Origin: Tubiluchus corallicola
Lineage: Eukaryota; Animalia; Priapulida
Direction of reading: 5' to 3'
NCBI GenBank assembly: GCA_030141605.1
Contig: JAQGDQ010000682.1
Location: 1-64,000, forward strand
Length of the DNA: 64,000 nucleotides
Shown here: positions 49,403-63,436 of the stretch, one piece after another
Layout of the letters: every line of letters begins with the position of its first letter
Position numbering within the stretch: position 1 is the first letter of the stretch
Made by a program: the position numbers and the translations under genes
Notes under the pieces: model-generated
What the model saw: only the letters and a program-made list of their open reading frames with translations
Told to the model about the DNA's origin: nothing
Databases searched by the model: none

Positions 49403-49593
49403 GACACATTCAGACGTAGAGACTTTTCTCCGAGAGTAAAAGTCGCACTTGTGAACAGCTTGGCAACTTCTCTCGCAATTTATTGCAAACTCGGCGAGAT
49501 TTAACTTGCGAGAGAAGTTGCCTTGCCTTTCACACGTGCGACTTTACTCTCAGAGAGAAGTTGCGAGAGAAGTCGTTACATCTGAACATGCCC
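49403..49593. mobile_element. Palindromic MITE just 3' of the LAMTOR4 stop
   Basis: TTCAGACGTA..GAGAGTAAAAGTCGCAC..GGCAACTTCTCTCGCAA mirrored by TTGCGAGAGAAGTTGCC..GTGCGACTTTACTCTC..TACATCTGAA. Confidence 0.7.
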
Positions 49594-50903
49594 TTATACA
49601 GTGATTATTCAGAGTTGAAATTTCTGACAAATGTGATTTTTGCTCTTGTGCTTTTCCTATAGTTTCTGGCACTGCATATAGTAAAAGTCCCTAAGATACA
49701 CTAATTTGTTTTCCAGTTTTTGCAGAAGTTATCAGTTTGTATTATCGTTGTTTAGTAATGTTTGTAGCAGCCCATACCACTGTTGTATATATTCAGTTCT
49801 TTCTATTATGTATTATGCAAGTTTGTCGCTGGTAAAGAAGAGAGAAAACGTTCAACTTGCAGTGCCCCTGACTGTTTAAAAATAACGAAACCATTGAAAT
49901 ACCTTGTATGAAATGATTTCGCTAATTCTGTAATCGACTAGTTCGTATATCCTGTAATAAAAATACTGCATAGAGACTGACGTGTTCAGATTAATAGGTT
50001 TACGTTAACATTCCGAATGCATATTGTTTATTATTTAAGTCAGTTTTGAAAATGTCCTTGGATCTAAGATAAACATGTCAGGACAGGATTCGGTACTTTA
50101 TTATTGTCAGCTGCTATAGTTTTGTAAATGTATGCAAATTTATTTCTACAAAAGTATGCAAAATAAAATTCCTATGTAAAAGTTGATTTTGTACGCTGTA
50201 GCAATGTATACTGTATAGTCAATATATAGTTGATAAAACAATTATTGTTGCCAGTCTTAATAAATAGGTGTTCAGAAAAGTAGCCATGTGAAGTAACTTT
50301 TGGGTTTGAAATTACCCGCAGAACAGAAAAACAATAAAAAAGACAATAACACGTTAAAATACATATACATACTGTATTAAATTTACAGTGCTTAAAATGC
50401 GGGATCTCTATAAATGTGTAGCAATGTGACATAGGGACTTATTGCTAACTAGTTAAGCATAAAATCACAGAACAATCCTATCTGTAAACTAATAATAACA
50501 TCTATGTACACACTAAAAACTTATTTTTACATATCAATAGACATAAGTAATGATAACTGAAAACTGGGTTATAGAGATTAATATTTTATAGTATTATGTA
50601 CAATTTTTATCTATACAATCAATAGTCTATACAGCCTTGAATTAATAAATTTATTATTAATCTTTGTGTACAGGTCTCTCTCTGTACTGCCTTTTATCAT
50701 TTTTAAATTGTAGTGAAAAGTGTAGACACTTGCAAAGAAATTTTATGAAAACGTTTATCACTTTTAAGCACTGTGGCTACAAAGGTAACAGAATCCTAAC
50801 CTAACACGCTAATGTAATTGGTGCTACAATTTTACTAATTAATACTAGTCTAAGTGCACGCTCACAGTACAAAATTAGCAATACATGTAAAGTATCTTAC
50901 TTA

Positions 50904-51370
50904 CAGTAATCCACTTATAAGGAGGCCTGTTATAAGGAGCCTCTGGCTAATACCAGCAAATTTGAAAGTGCCGTCAAATTTTAGGCTTAAATAATGCCTT
51001 TAAACCTTGTCAATTTTCTTACAGGCACAAAAACATTTGTAGTTAAGAAAACACAACTTTATGAAAAAATTTTACGTTAAAAAGTGAAAACCATGCCAGA
51101 CATTTCGACTAGCTGCTGCTGTCACCATCAGTCGTAAATTTACAAACATACAACCAGTTTATACTAATAAGTACTAATTTATAGTAGTACTGGTTGTATG
51201 TTTGTAAATTTAGCACTGATGATGACAGCAGCAACTAGTCGAAACATATGGCATCATTTTAACTTTTTAATGTAAAAGTTTTTGATAAAGTTGTGTTGTT
51301 TTACGAGATCCTGCTTATAACAAACAAATTTTCACGGTCCCTTGAAACTCGTAATAAACGGGTTATATTG
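50904..51370. mobile_element. Tigger-like MITE containing a nested inverted pLTR-like insert (about 51030-51303) with degenerate hammerhead motifs
   Basis: TA|CAGTAATCC..TTATAA / TAATAAACGGGTTATATTG|TA ends. The internal palindrome is homologous to 14530-14812 and has CTGATGATGAC..GTCGAAAC at 51216-51245. Confidence 0.7.
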
Positions 51371-52963
51371 TAGTTGCAAACCCCAAAAAGTATGCGTTTG
51401 ACAAAATGGCTACCTTGTAAGATTTACATACACAAAATGAAAATATCAACTTGGGCTTGTTTACCTATGTAAAAACTGCAACTGTAGCCTCAACAAAAAC
51501 TGAACAGTCGGCATTACAAATTTACACTTAAATTTTGTGTCCGTGGAAACTTATAATGCCAGCAACATTAAATATTCCAGCTTCTGGCATAAAAGTAACA
51601 TTTAAAACCAATTTACTATACAAATTTTATCAACCTTTAAGCATCAACGAAAAAAATTTAAAGAGTTAACACTTAATTTTTCAGAGAATCCTTCATTTTA
51701 AGATGCGTATTTTGTCATGGCAGTTTAATCTTACCTCTGGTAAACTCGTGAATCAAAAGTTAAACGTTCGAGTAAGAAAACGCATAATACACACTACCTT
51801 AACAACTGTAACCTGAGATTTGGTAGGTGTTGGAAGAATTTACCTTTAAGTTTAACTACAGGGATTGCAGCCATTCAGACTGTGCTGTATTAACACATGC
51901 ACATGTAGAGCTTAATGTTTACATTATATTTAATATTTGTTTAGCTGGATATAATCATGTTAAAAGATAAATGTATTCAGTTATGTAAAAAAAGTTAAAG
52001 TAAAGTTTTGCAGTAATTACAGATCTTATTTAATGAACTTAATTACAGTAATTGCAATCACAGAACTTATTTAATGAACATCCTTAGATCTTCCAAGTAC
52101 GCAAAGTGACATTTTCAAAAATAAATTCAGTTCTTACTATTACCGTCCTTAGATTACATCAATGCCAGGATATATTACTATCATTTTAACGACTTTCATG
52201 GCAAATATGCATAAAGGAAGTTGTACATCTAAGTATACTTCCTGCAACACGGCAAACACAGCAAAGATTTAACGCTGCACGATCCTTATACCAAAAGTAA
52301 AATACCCTTTACATTTTGCCAGCTACAGTATTGTACGGCCATGTTCTAATGCAAATGACACGCTAGTGATAACAGCTTCCCTCCCGTAAGCAAAGGAGCA
52401 TTCATCACGTGGAGTTACGATGAATTTCAAAGAAAGCATAGAATAAAATTAGTGACACCTTAGCCATTTGACTACCATTTCATGCTAATACACCATGTTG
52501 ATATATTGATAATCAGAAGATTTTCAGTTTTCTCCTTAGAGCTGCAGCACATAAAGCAGTGCAGATACTCTTATAGAGCTTTATCTCTACCACTACTACT
52601 ATCTTTACAACTAAGTAAATTTATTGACAATGTCACGAGCTTGAATATTATCGGTATTTCAAATTTTATAAAATTCAACAGACGTTATTTAGAAAGAAAA
52701 TAACAGTTCATTATATAAATAATTGTAAAAAATTGTTGAATAGAACTAAATTAAGAATAATGTATAACTAAAATTATGCGCAAAAATTATAACTTGTCTA
52801 AAATACGTAGGGCTATACAATCTAAAACTTTTTTCACTTTTTTACATTTTAAGAATTATTTTTACAGATCTATAGATATACTTATATTTGATGTACTTTG
52901 TTCAAGAGCTGTATAGACGTGGACAAGCAACGTTTCCCGGAAATCGAAGATTTTCTCGCTGTC

Positions 52964-53677
52964 CTAATCTATATCTTCGATGTCGTCATATTCCATTGCG
53001 AAATCATCATCCATTGATCCAGATTCTCCAGACACGGCTAAAACGCTGAGAGCCCGGCAGGAGAAAAACAAAATTCTCTTCAGCTTTTTGTTGTAGAAGA
53101 AAAAATTGAAGGACCAAATATTACCCTCCTCTCCGTATGGGTCGGACTCCAGGTCCGGATTGTAGCTGTAAATGTCGCAGTCCTCTAGAGCAATCTCTGC
53201 ATCCATGGCTGCCCACAATTGAGGTTTCAACGTGTTAAAAGCTTCCCCCGCTGCCGCATACAAGTTGGAGTTGACGGTATTCATCACCCACTGTAACGTC
53301 GGTTCCTTGCTAAACTCGTAACTCTTTGCATTGCTGAAGTCGTAGTCGGGTTGAAACGAAGCGTTCAGGGTGCTGATCAGATAGAAGAGGGTCTTTCTGC
53401 TGATGACGTCACACAGAGGTTGCTCCTCGTTGTCGGAGCTAAAACTTCGACTGTACATTGAAGTACCGGGACTATGAGACATCATGCTTTGCGGGGGAGC
53501 CAGGGCTTGCAGGTCGCTCACTCCCGGATCTTGGTGTAGAGCTTTAAACAGTTTCTTATCTGTACCAGCCATTTTGCAGGAATAACTTTCGACCCGCCCG
53601 TATATTCGGCAATTTTCTGTCTCGATCGACAATGCCAAGTTCAACGCATCCAGCTGCGCATTTTCAAGCAATTTCAT
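52964..53677 (-). CDS. MAF1: Repressor of RNA polymerase III transcription MAF1, 237 aa, intronless CDS
   Basis: [80 protein letters not shown] and an acidic tail. Confidence 0.97.
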   Translation of the reverse strand: MKLLENAQLDALNLALSIETENCRIYGRVESYSCKMAGTDKKLFKALHQDPGVSDLQALAPPQSMMSHSPGTSMYSRSFSSDNEEQPLCDVISRKTLFYLISTLNASFQPDYDFSNAKSYEFSKEPTLQWVMNTVNSNLYAAAGEAFNTLKPQLWAAMDAEIALEDCDIYSYNPDLESDPYGEEGNIWSFNFFFYNKKLKRILFFSCRALSVLAVSGESGSMDDDFAMEYDDIEDID

Positions 53678-54751
53678 CTTTGCGCGGCTGTTTGACAAAA
53701 CGATACAGATTCTGATTTCTCAATGTGAATTTTTTGGTATCGAATAAACCGAAACAAACCTAGCTAAACACAAAATAAAAAACTATATCTATATATTAAG
53801 TAATAATAACAGTGAAATGCAGACCAGAATTTAACAGTTCAGTATCTTGCTACATGCACAACACGAACTCACAGAATGAACTGATAGCCGTCCCATCGTT
53901 AACTTTATAAAACTGCTCGGGTGACTGTTTAGTATGTCGATGCCTTTTTGCTTACACGGCTGTCCGAAACCCAGTAAGAAAATCGAGGAAGAGTCAACAT
54001 CCTGACTTTCCCTAGGCATGATGGAACAGGAACAAAGCTGCTTCGCAATGATATCACACCTCGTGACTACCTGACTCTTCCTGAGCACAAAGTAAAGTTC
54101 TGAAACTTAAAATAAAAGCATTTTAATTGTTACTCGCTTACTCAAGTTTTTTATGTCTATTTTAAAGGAAAATGGCAGGACTGATTAGACTAAATCTCAT
54201 TTTAATTTATCGGCCGAAATATATATTTTCTTGCCTATAAAAGTTAACAAATGCTTCTTATATTTCAATAATTAGCTTGAAAGTTAATTAACGACAACCG
54301 AAAACAGCTATCACTTACGTCACAAACTAACCACAATTTGTGCAATGGTAGTTATCTTCCCTGCATGTCAAACATGTTTGCATCTTGCAGACATGTAAGC
54401 GAACAGTCCTATAAGACGCTGATGTTACGTCACGAAAATGAGCTCACAATGGTGTCACAGACAGACGAACACTGCAGTTCATGATCATGCTTGGGACGGT
54501 ACTGTGCCTATTTGTCGGCCTCAAAAATGTGACAAAAAAGCGTCACTTGGTGGATTAGCCGAGCCAGGCATAGCTTTGAATGTTTAGTATTATTTAATTT
54601 CAGCTTTGATATAAAAAAGCTATTGTAGTTTTTCAATATTTTATAGCCTATTTTATTTCCAACTAATGTCCACACAATCATATGATTTTCCTGTAATGAT
54701 AAGTCTTAATTTTCAAAACAGTTTGGGACAATGTGGTGTTTCTGCACTTAC

Positions 54752-54808
54752 CTGCAAGATGTGCTTATTACGATAATGGTGCGGCAGGACTGGATCTTAG
54801 AAAATCCT
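54752..54808 (-). other. Candidate non-coding 5' UTR exon of MAF1
   Basis: Polypyrimidine tract plus AG (54810-54809) and donor CAG|GTAAGT. A further acceptor precedes 54099 and a candidate upstream donor lies near 57917. Confidence 0.5.
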
Positions 54809-55588
54809 CTAAAAAATAAAAAGAAGAAATTTGGTTCAGCTACATTTAAATGCAAATACTATTTAGATAAATAGCTAGAGGATAAATGTCATCATTTTCA
54901 CCAATTACACCTCAGTTTCAAAAAAGTTACCATGTCACATACATGGCTGGATTACCCAACAGCCTACTATAGGCTGTAACCTAGGGCCTCCGTCAAGCCT
55001 TGGAGGGTCCATACTTTGCATTTCTGAATAACTCAAATAACTTAAAATAAAATTTTAACTATAAAAAAGAAAGCCAGGAAGTCTGATAATCCAATTTTAA
55101 TGTGGTGTTCCTCATTTGAGATAAAGTATCCCTGTTTGGGGCCTTTTATTTGAGACAAAGGGCCCTTCTTTGAGGTCCTTTATTTGAGATAAGAACCACT
55201 CATTGAAGCTCTTTATTTAAAATATGGGGACCCCACCTACACAAATGTTACTGGAATATATCACAAGTAACAAATATTTCAGACAAGTGCAAGCAAATTA
55301 GAGGGTGGCTTCGTCTACTCCATAATTTCATTAGCCTAGGAGCCCTAAAAGATCACAATCTAACCCTGACCACATACCATACAGTCAAGCTTTGTAACTA
55401 TGGTACATCTGAAACTCTGGAGTAGATCGTATTTACCCGCCATTTTAGTGTCATCAGAATTATTTTTAACAAAGTTATTTTCTAACACGAAGTTTTTCAA
55501 ATCTTTCGGTACACAAGTTGTTTTAATGGAGTGCTGATGAAGATATTGATCCAATCGGTTAATGAATTTTTATTGCATAACTCTAATA

Positions 55589-56108
55589 CAGTCATACCTC
55601 GGTTTTCGAACCTCTTCGTACTCATACAAATTGGTTTTCGACCAGAAAATTCCAGTTGAAATTGTCTCCGTTCTCGACCAGAATTTCGGTACTCGACCAA
55701 CCGCCAGGCACGTGATGAACGCATGCGCGGCGAACCGAGTAGAGCCGAGGGTAATCGACCGCACCCGAGAGTAGTCACACAGTCACGTGTTTCTGCTCTT
55801 GCTTACGTATACCATCACACTGCTACCAACACGTACGGTTTTTTCATGCTGGAATAATTATGTTTTTCTTTCTAAGGAATTCCATTATGTTTTTCTTATC
55901 AATAATGTCACATCTATTGTTTGAATAAGCATTTTTGCATTATTATATTTCGTTTTAGTAATACTTTACAGTTCGGTTGGTGCTTTTACAGAACGGATTA
56001 TTTGCTTTTACATTATTTCTTATGGGAATAAATGATTCGGTACTCAACCAAATCGGTTTTCAAACACTTTTTAGGAACGAATTATGGTTGAAAACCGAGG
56101 TATGACTG
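55589..56108. mobile_element. Tigger/mariner-like MITE
   Basis: TIR CAGTCATACCTCGGTTTTC, TA TSD. Confidence 0.85.
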
Positions 56109-58341
56109 TATATTGTACTGTAGAGCTGTACTACATGTTGTAAAATACTTAAAACTTTGTGGCATTGATTTTGAACAACTGGATAATCTTACAAGTGACA
56201 GGAAATGCTGGAAACAACTCTATGAGAAGGGCACATTCACCTTTGAAGAATGACAAAGTGACAAAGGGTGGAGGAGAGAAGAACACTACGCTATTAATCA
56301 TGGGATCGTTCCCCACATTCCTTTTTCCCATGCCCCAGTGTCCACGGATTTGTCATTCAAGAATTGGAGTTATAAGTTATACGAATGCTCATTCACGAAG
56401 AAATCAACAGCAATAGGTATCGCCATCTTCGTTAATGAGGGGTAACCAAAACTAACAAACTAATGAACTTTACAGCACGCATGCAAGATTAAGAGAGCAG
56501 TCATCAAAAGGCATAACAGAAATTAGAAATATTTTTGTTGGGGTTTGCAAATGGAAAAAATTTTCCAATGGAGTTTAAGTCTGTAATCCTTCTCACTTTA
56601 GGTCAAGATTAAATATACTGGCAGCACATTCTAGAAAAAATTGTTGATCTTAGACTGTCAGAGCTCAGTCCAGAATCGGAACGTGCTGCTTTTTTCACAT
56701 ACAAGCATGCGTATAGTAAACTATGAAAACTGGAGAGCTTCGTATACTATTGTAACAGCACTGAGTACTGACAATCCTGACTGGCTAGACTAGAAAACCT
56801 GCAATTCACAAAAACCTCATTTAGCACTAAAGTCTTGCCGTGTCTAAACTTTGTATTAACCACAGTCTCGTGACAGTAAATGTAAATAATTGTTAAAATG
56901 AGAGACAAAGGGTTAGCATATTATAATTATTATTTTCAGTATGCATTTTCGAAAAATCCACCCTAAACTGACTGGCTTCATTGGCTTAAAATATGCAAAC
57001 CTTGTCCATAAAAGATAAGTGTGACTTTTCATCAATGACCGCTTGTCTCAGCAGGTACAACACAAAGGTGGTCTGTCTTTCTCTTACAATATAGGCCTAT
57101 ATGCTAAAATAAAATATTTAGCGATGTGGTTCAAACTAATATATTGCGTTTAAAGTGCTGCACTATTTTATTGTGTTTCAAGCTTTGAATTTAATTTGGA
57201 AACCAACCGACAGTTTTAAAAATGCACTAGATGAATAATTCTGCACTACAGGCTTCCTATAGATATTAATACCATTGCGATATAATGGCAGCTCCACTGA
57301 GGCGTGATTTTATGCAGAACACTTTTTTGAAAATATCTATCCAACGGCACAAAGAATTCTTTACTATTTATCTGCAGATAACTATTTTGATATATCTCAC
57401 AACTTGCTCACTGTTAAGGCTTACCACGGTAGTGCAAAATAAAATGATCCTTATTCTTATACAGTAATGTATCTAAAGGGCAATAGTTGAAATTTGATGA
57501 TGTGAGTTAAATAAATTATGTTATTAGTGTGGCCACATTTTATATAATGTGTTACTGATTTCATAATTCCACAGCACAATTAATCGCAGGTAAGAGCAAA
57601 TAATTTAATCAACATCCACTAAGGTTTAATGCAACCTTTTCCGACTACAAAAAATTATCATCGCACATCAAGGTTAGATGCTCTCTTTTTAAACTATTTG
57701 GCATTAAGCACAATTTTTCGATATGTGTACGTTACTATTGCCATTGGTTCTACTATTACTGAGCTAATACTAGTAATACAGTAATATAATAAGTTGCAAT
57801 AGGAATTGCACTGCCACTGCCGACACTACCTCCTTCTCACTCCAAACCTTCCCTTCCTCTCCGTCATACCCACAACAGCAACACATGCACGATTTATTCC
57901 GCAAAACTTAAAGTTACCTTATTTTCAGAAAACAGAAAAATCAATCGGAATTTTGCAAATAAACAACCAAGCAAAATCAAAATTTAACCTATTTATTTTG
58001 TTGTTTTGCAGGTTACCTAATAAATAAAAGCAAATTGCTCGATGTTGAAACGCGAAACAGCTGTTTTGAGTTAAGTACAAATATTGACCACTAGGCGACA
58101 CTGTACTTGAACATTTTCTGTGACTTAACACGTTTTGTAGAATAAAGTTGCACAGATTTGACTTTTAAAAATAATAATATAATTTTTCTTGTTCTTAACC
58201 AACAGTTTGATAAAAATACTATATCTCATAAAAATAACTGCTAATATTATTATCCGTGTTTGTTTTATAACAACAGCACTTAAAAAATTAGCAAAATTAT
58301 TATAAGATCACATCAACGTATTAATTATAATCCCGAAAAAA

Positions 58342-59204
58342 CGTAGTACTAGGAATTTTTGGTACATGGTGATTTTGGAACAGATAAATTTTGTTCTATC
58401 ATGTTAAGGTACAAAGAATTTTTGGTACTAAGAAAATGTGGCACAAGGAAAGACTGGTTAATTAAAAAGTTTATAAAACATTATACTGTAATTAATAGTG
58501 CGTGGCAGCTAATATTTTGTCTGTGATTATCCCACCCATGCAGGTACTTTTGAAAATTCTTTCAACAAAAAATGAGAGGTTTTCAACTCACCATGCAAAT
58601 TTTCCAAAAGGCTCGGTCAATTTGTTTTTTTCGGGAAAAATGATCAGTTTCTCTGTTTTTTTACAATTTTTTTATCAAACTGAGATAAGAACAGGACAGT
58701 GATGGTTAATTACATCACTGGACCGGCAACTGCAATGACAACAGCAACAGCAACAAAATGACGACTGTAACAATGACAGCAATGATAATGATGATGATAG
58801 TGGTGGTGGCAGTTAATAACAAACAACAGACTTACAAACAAAGAGGATGTGAACAAAAAACAAACAGAAGCAAATGCAATAAATGAGCTGCTATGACTTG
58901 TTCGAGTAGGTTACATAAAATATATTTTCATAGTATTAAACTTTTTCTGCACCGAATTTTCATAGTACCAAACTTTCCGAGTACTAAGCTTTCCTAGTAC
59001 CAAACCGTTTTACATTGTACCATATTTACTTGTAACAAAAACGCTTGACAAAAGTTCGTTAGTATCACATTTACTCTCTACCAAATTTTCCCAGTACCAA
59101 AATTACCATGTACCAAAGTCTCCTGTTACCAAAACGTTCTTGTACCAAAATTACCAGCACCAAACGTACCTGTACCAAACTTATTAGTACCAAGACCTAC
59201 TGCG
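58342..59204. mobile_element. Decayed element with inverted subterminal GTACCAAA repeats
   Basis: TTTGGTAC motifs at 58355-58430 and many GTACCAAA motifs at 58965-59192. Confidence 0.45.
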
Positions 59205-59996
59205 CACCATCTTAGCTAAGGCATTTTAAACAAGAAAAATCATCAAAACATAGAAACTTTTAAAATTGTTTGCCCTATTCAAAGTACACGTAAGAACTAC
59301 TAATGCAGCAGCATGTCTGTCTGTTCATTTTCATATTTGTTTTTTTAACCTGGTCTTAAATTTTTTATACATGTCTTCTAAACTTTTTATGCAAGTTCTT
59401 GATTCGTGTGGATCATTATTACTCCAACCCGAATTTTAATTTTAATGTTGTTAAATGTTAATTACGGTCCACAATGTTTCCCAGTATTCATTTTGTGAAT
59501 CAGCACAGATTGTCACATTAACCAATTGTTTTAAAACAGCTAACATTAGTCACCACCCCCCTATTTTGCTCTCTGTTATTATAAAAGTATGTTAGCCAGG
59601 TAATTCAACAGTTTCTTCATTAATTTCAATAGACGCGTTTTTACTACGAGATGAGATCACAAGTCTTTGAATTCGTAGGGATTATATTTGTAGAGTATTA
59701 ATGCGCTAATTTCTTAAGAAGTAATTTTGATTGTTTGAGTAAACCAATTTCCTTGTTTAACATGGAAATTTAACATTGTTCTCCGCACCTTGCACTATAT
59801 AGTTTTGTAGGAGATCCATTATGTTATTCATATGTTACTTTTCTTCAAACTATTTTCTCTGTCGAGAGAATACCATGGTTACTTCGTTGCAGGGCACTAA
59901 CTCTGACATGTGTGTGCGTGAAACCTCGGAAGACTTGAATTTTGATAAAAATTGAGTGTTTTCTGTAAATATGTTGGAGTTTATAGAAGACAGAAG

Positions 59997-60174
59997 ATGT
60001 TATATTGCAGGAAAAGCACTGGACGTTTGATTGTCTTATTGTTATTTTATCTATTCTTTTTAGTGATAGGAGCTTCGATATTTTCTGCTGTCGAGGCGCC
60101 AATGGAAATTGATCGTATTAGGAAATTACGTGATATTCGTTACAAGTTTTTGACAGGCAATTCTTGTTTAAAAG
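59997..60174 (+). CDS. Two-pore-domain potassium channel (K2P, TWIK/KCNK1-like), first coding exon; remainder probably outside the window
   Basis: MLYCRKSTGRLIVLLLFYLFFLVIGASIFSAVEAPMEIDRIRKLRDIRYKFLTGNSCLK: M1 helix Y..GA.IFS.VE.P.E plus cap helix and cap cysteine, followed by a GT donor. Confidence 0.8.
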
Positions 60175-61732
60175 GTTTGTAAGCATGCATTTTTGGTAGA
60201 GGAAAGAAAAAACTAAAATATTTTATGCATGTTATTCAAGTTGTCAATTAATCAAGAAGACAGGAGAAATATGAACCAACAATTTTATGGATAAAGATCA
60301 ATTATATTGCATGTCAAACCTTGAATGGGATCTAATTCAAGTCAAAGCAGTTTTTCTATAACATTTCAGGAACGAATGCGTGTATAAAAATATATAAACA
60401 TAAATAGAGTAGTAAATGTGTTAATTAAGGCTGAAATAAAGTCAACGAGATATTTTACTTTTACTTTTAGGAAATGGACTAAAAAGTCATCAAGTCAGCT
60501 GCTCTTAATTTGGTATAATTTTATTAATGTAGACCTAATCCTGTAAGCCTATGACTAATTAATCATTGTTATTTGCTAGTACTATGGAAGTGCTGTTGGA
60601 ACTAGCAATTATGTGTGTGTTACAAGTGCCCCTTTTAACAAGAAAGTAACCATTATTCTCTTTCTCTATTTATCGTACTAACATACTGATATACTAACCA
60701 TAAAACTTTAAATGTTTACAAAATCTTATCCAAAATTGCCATAGTGTTATATATTTAATAATAACTTATGTTATTGCCTTCTGTGTCCCCATAAGCTGCA
60801 GCTTCTGTAGCCTCCCCTAAAACGTAAGTCATCTAATGTTGCTTATTCTAAAAACATAAATTTACAAACACATATGTTGTAATATGTACCAGTTTTGTGT
60901 AATTCATAAGCAAAATTCATCTAAGCGTTATCCGGTGTTCGTCCTAATAAATCGAATTTGACTTGAATTTGAATTGATTTTAACAAGCTTTAAAAGTTTT
61001 GAAGGACTGTCCATTGTCTGTGAAAACAAATTTAGTTTGACATGTGATGCTAAACGTTTGTGCTTTTCTTTATTGACTACACACATGGAACGAATATGTC
61101 TTGCACAAGAGAAACAAAAACAATAATTGTTTAGCATCTCGACATAGGCTGCCATTTTCTTCAGTCACTTGTGATCCGCTTTCGATCATTGGTTGATTGT
61201 TGCACCGCGACTGTTTATCGCTTTGCAGAAAGAGATTTTTATGGAGCAGATATTTCACACTGCAGGCTTAAATGCTTGATTCTGTTTTGCGAATCAAGCT
61301 GTGCTCATTTTGCAAGATGTTTCCGTTTTTTTCTCGAGCACAGAAGAACATCAAAACTACTGTTCTCTGGTTTTGTTCTTTTTTCTGTGTTTTTTCCTGT
61401 CCGTGTGTGCTATAGTCACCTTTGCTTCTGAACTGAATGACTCCCAAGTGTAATACAAATTCATTAGCTTTGTGTACCTGCAGCTTGGTAGGAACACTAA
61501 CTGAAAATCTGTTTGACAGTGTTATTACTACTACTCAAATTTTTACTGACACTGTACCTTTCTTATCTTTTTATACTATTAATAAATACGTCACATTTCT
61601 GTATCATAATAAACAAGTTTTCTGTTCTTCTTAAGCTTAAACAAGCAAAGTCAAGTTGTTGATGTTGTTGTTGTTTACTGTTTTTAAACTGCTTTGCAAC
61701 AAGTCTTTTATGTGATTTACGATTGTTGTCAA

Positions 61733-62284
61733 TAAAGTGATAAAAATTCCAATGATGGTGACTGAATAGTTATTCTGAATCTGAATAGTTGATGGCAGTC
61801 CTTTAACTTTGAAGATTACTTGCCTGTTTTGCACGAGGTGCGCAATGAGGTCCATGTTAGTGATAGGTGCTAAAGTGATAATAATTCCAATGAAGGTGAC
61901 TGAATAGTTATTCTGAATCTGAATAGTTGATGGCAGTCCTTTAACTTTGAAGATTACTTGCCTATTGGACGAGGTGCGCAATGAGGTCCATGTTAGTGAT
62001 AGGTGCTAAAGTGATGAAAATTTCAATGAAGGTGACTGAATAGTTATTCTGAATCTGAATAGTTGATGGCAGTCCTTTAACTTTGAAGATTATTTGCCTA
62101 TTGGACGAGGTGCGCAATGAGGTCCATGTTAGTGATAGGTGCTAAAGTGATGAAAATTTCAATGAAGGTGACTGAATAGTTATTCTGAATCTGAATAGTT
62201 GATGGCAGTCCTTTAACTTTGAAGATTATTTGCCTATTGGACGAGGTGCGCAATGAGGTGCATGTTAGTGATAGGTGCTAAAGT
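61733..62284. repeat. 136-bp tandem repeat (4 units)
   Basis: TAAAGT(G) recurs at 61733, 61871, 62007, 62143, 62279. Confidence 0.95.
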
Positions 62285-62346
62285 ATAAAGCAAGGTAAAA
62301 CATGTCAAGGTTAAGGTTTGTGCTGGTTAGTGTGCTGTTAAAAAAC

Positions 62347-62720
62347 TTAAAAGCATGTACAAATGCTTGTAAATGTACAAGTGCTTGTAAATGTGCTGAT
62401 AGGTGAAAGAGCAGCTTTAAAGGTGGGGAGCAATGGGAGTTCTGTTGTTTCTCTGGAAAAGAATGTGCGTTTGTAGTATGCTTTCTTAGTGGAGATATTG
62501 GAATGTGTGAAGTTGTGGCTTCTTTTGTTTCGCGATGGTGCTAGATGTATGTGATGTAGAAAGCGAATACCAACGAGTACGTTATTATTCGCTTTCCACT
62601 CGTTGATATTCGCTTTCCACATCACATACATCACGAAACAGATGAAGCCACAACTTAACGTATTCCGATATCTCATGACAGTACATGACATACATCTAAT
62701 CTTGACCTTGTGGAACATGC
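62347..62720 (-). mobile_element. Decayed LINE ORF2 C-terminal remnant
   Basis: ..RNKRSHNFTHSNISTKKAYYKRTFFSRETTELPLLP resembles the LINE (Y..SFFPRT..EWN.LP) tail. Confidence 0.5.
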
Positions 62721-63436
62721 GATGTTTTAATTTTGCTCAAAACCACATTATAAAGCTAGTTAAGTACTGCAAGTTCCAAGCAGTAATTGGCCTGTAGGAA
62801 GCTTATGAAGGAGGTACTTGTTAAGTGCATCAAATTGACTTGTCCATCATTTGCTTCAGTTTAATATTTATTTGTCTCGCGTGAGGCGTGATTTACTTAC
62901 AAGCTCAAGATAACAAGATAGAGGCTTCTCAAATAAGCGTGTTATTCTCCATTTCTTGAGGAATAGTTTCTGCATGAGTCAGTGTTTTAAATTTATACAT
63001 TTTAATTGAAGTAGAAAATTAAATTATCTATTAAGTTGATGATAAATCCTGCTTACTCAAGCAAGATGTTATACACAGCCCTATGTGTATTGATTTTTTA
63101 ATGTTGTTATACATTTATGTTGGTTTTTTAAGACAAAACTTTTTTATGCAGCTTAAGCATGTGTGTTTAGTCAGATGGAGTCACTCACTGAATCTAACAT
63201 CCTACATCTCTATTACAGACTTGCGAATTTGCTGGCATTTATGTAGAGTCTTGCACCATTTTGCTTGGTAATATTGTATGGTTTTGCTGATTTTGTTTGC
63301 TATGAAAATGGACTTGGTTTTATCAGTGCATCTGCACACAAGTATGCTAGGTGGAGTAATATTAGTCCAGCACTTGTTCAATATTGACGTTGCCAATTGG
63401 TTTCTGTCTCCAAATTGACAGTAAAAGTAAAATGTA

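Noticed and set aside
58085-58103. CTCF-like motif TGACCACTAGGCGACACTG (also near 48130)
   Set aside because: Core mismatches; short motif matches cannot be supported without binding data.
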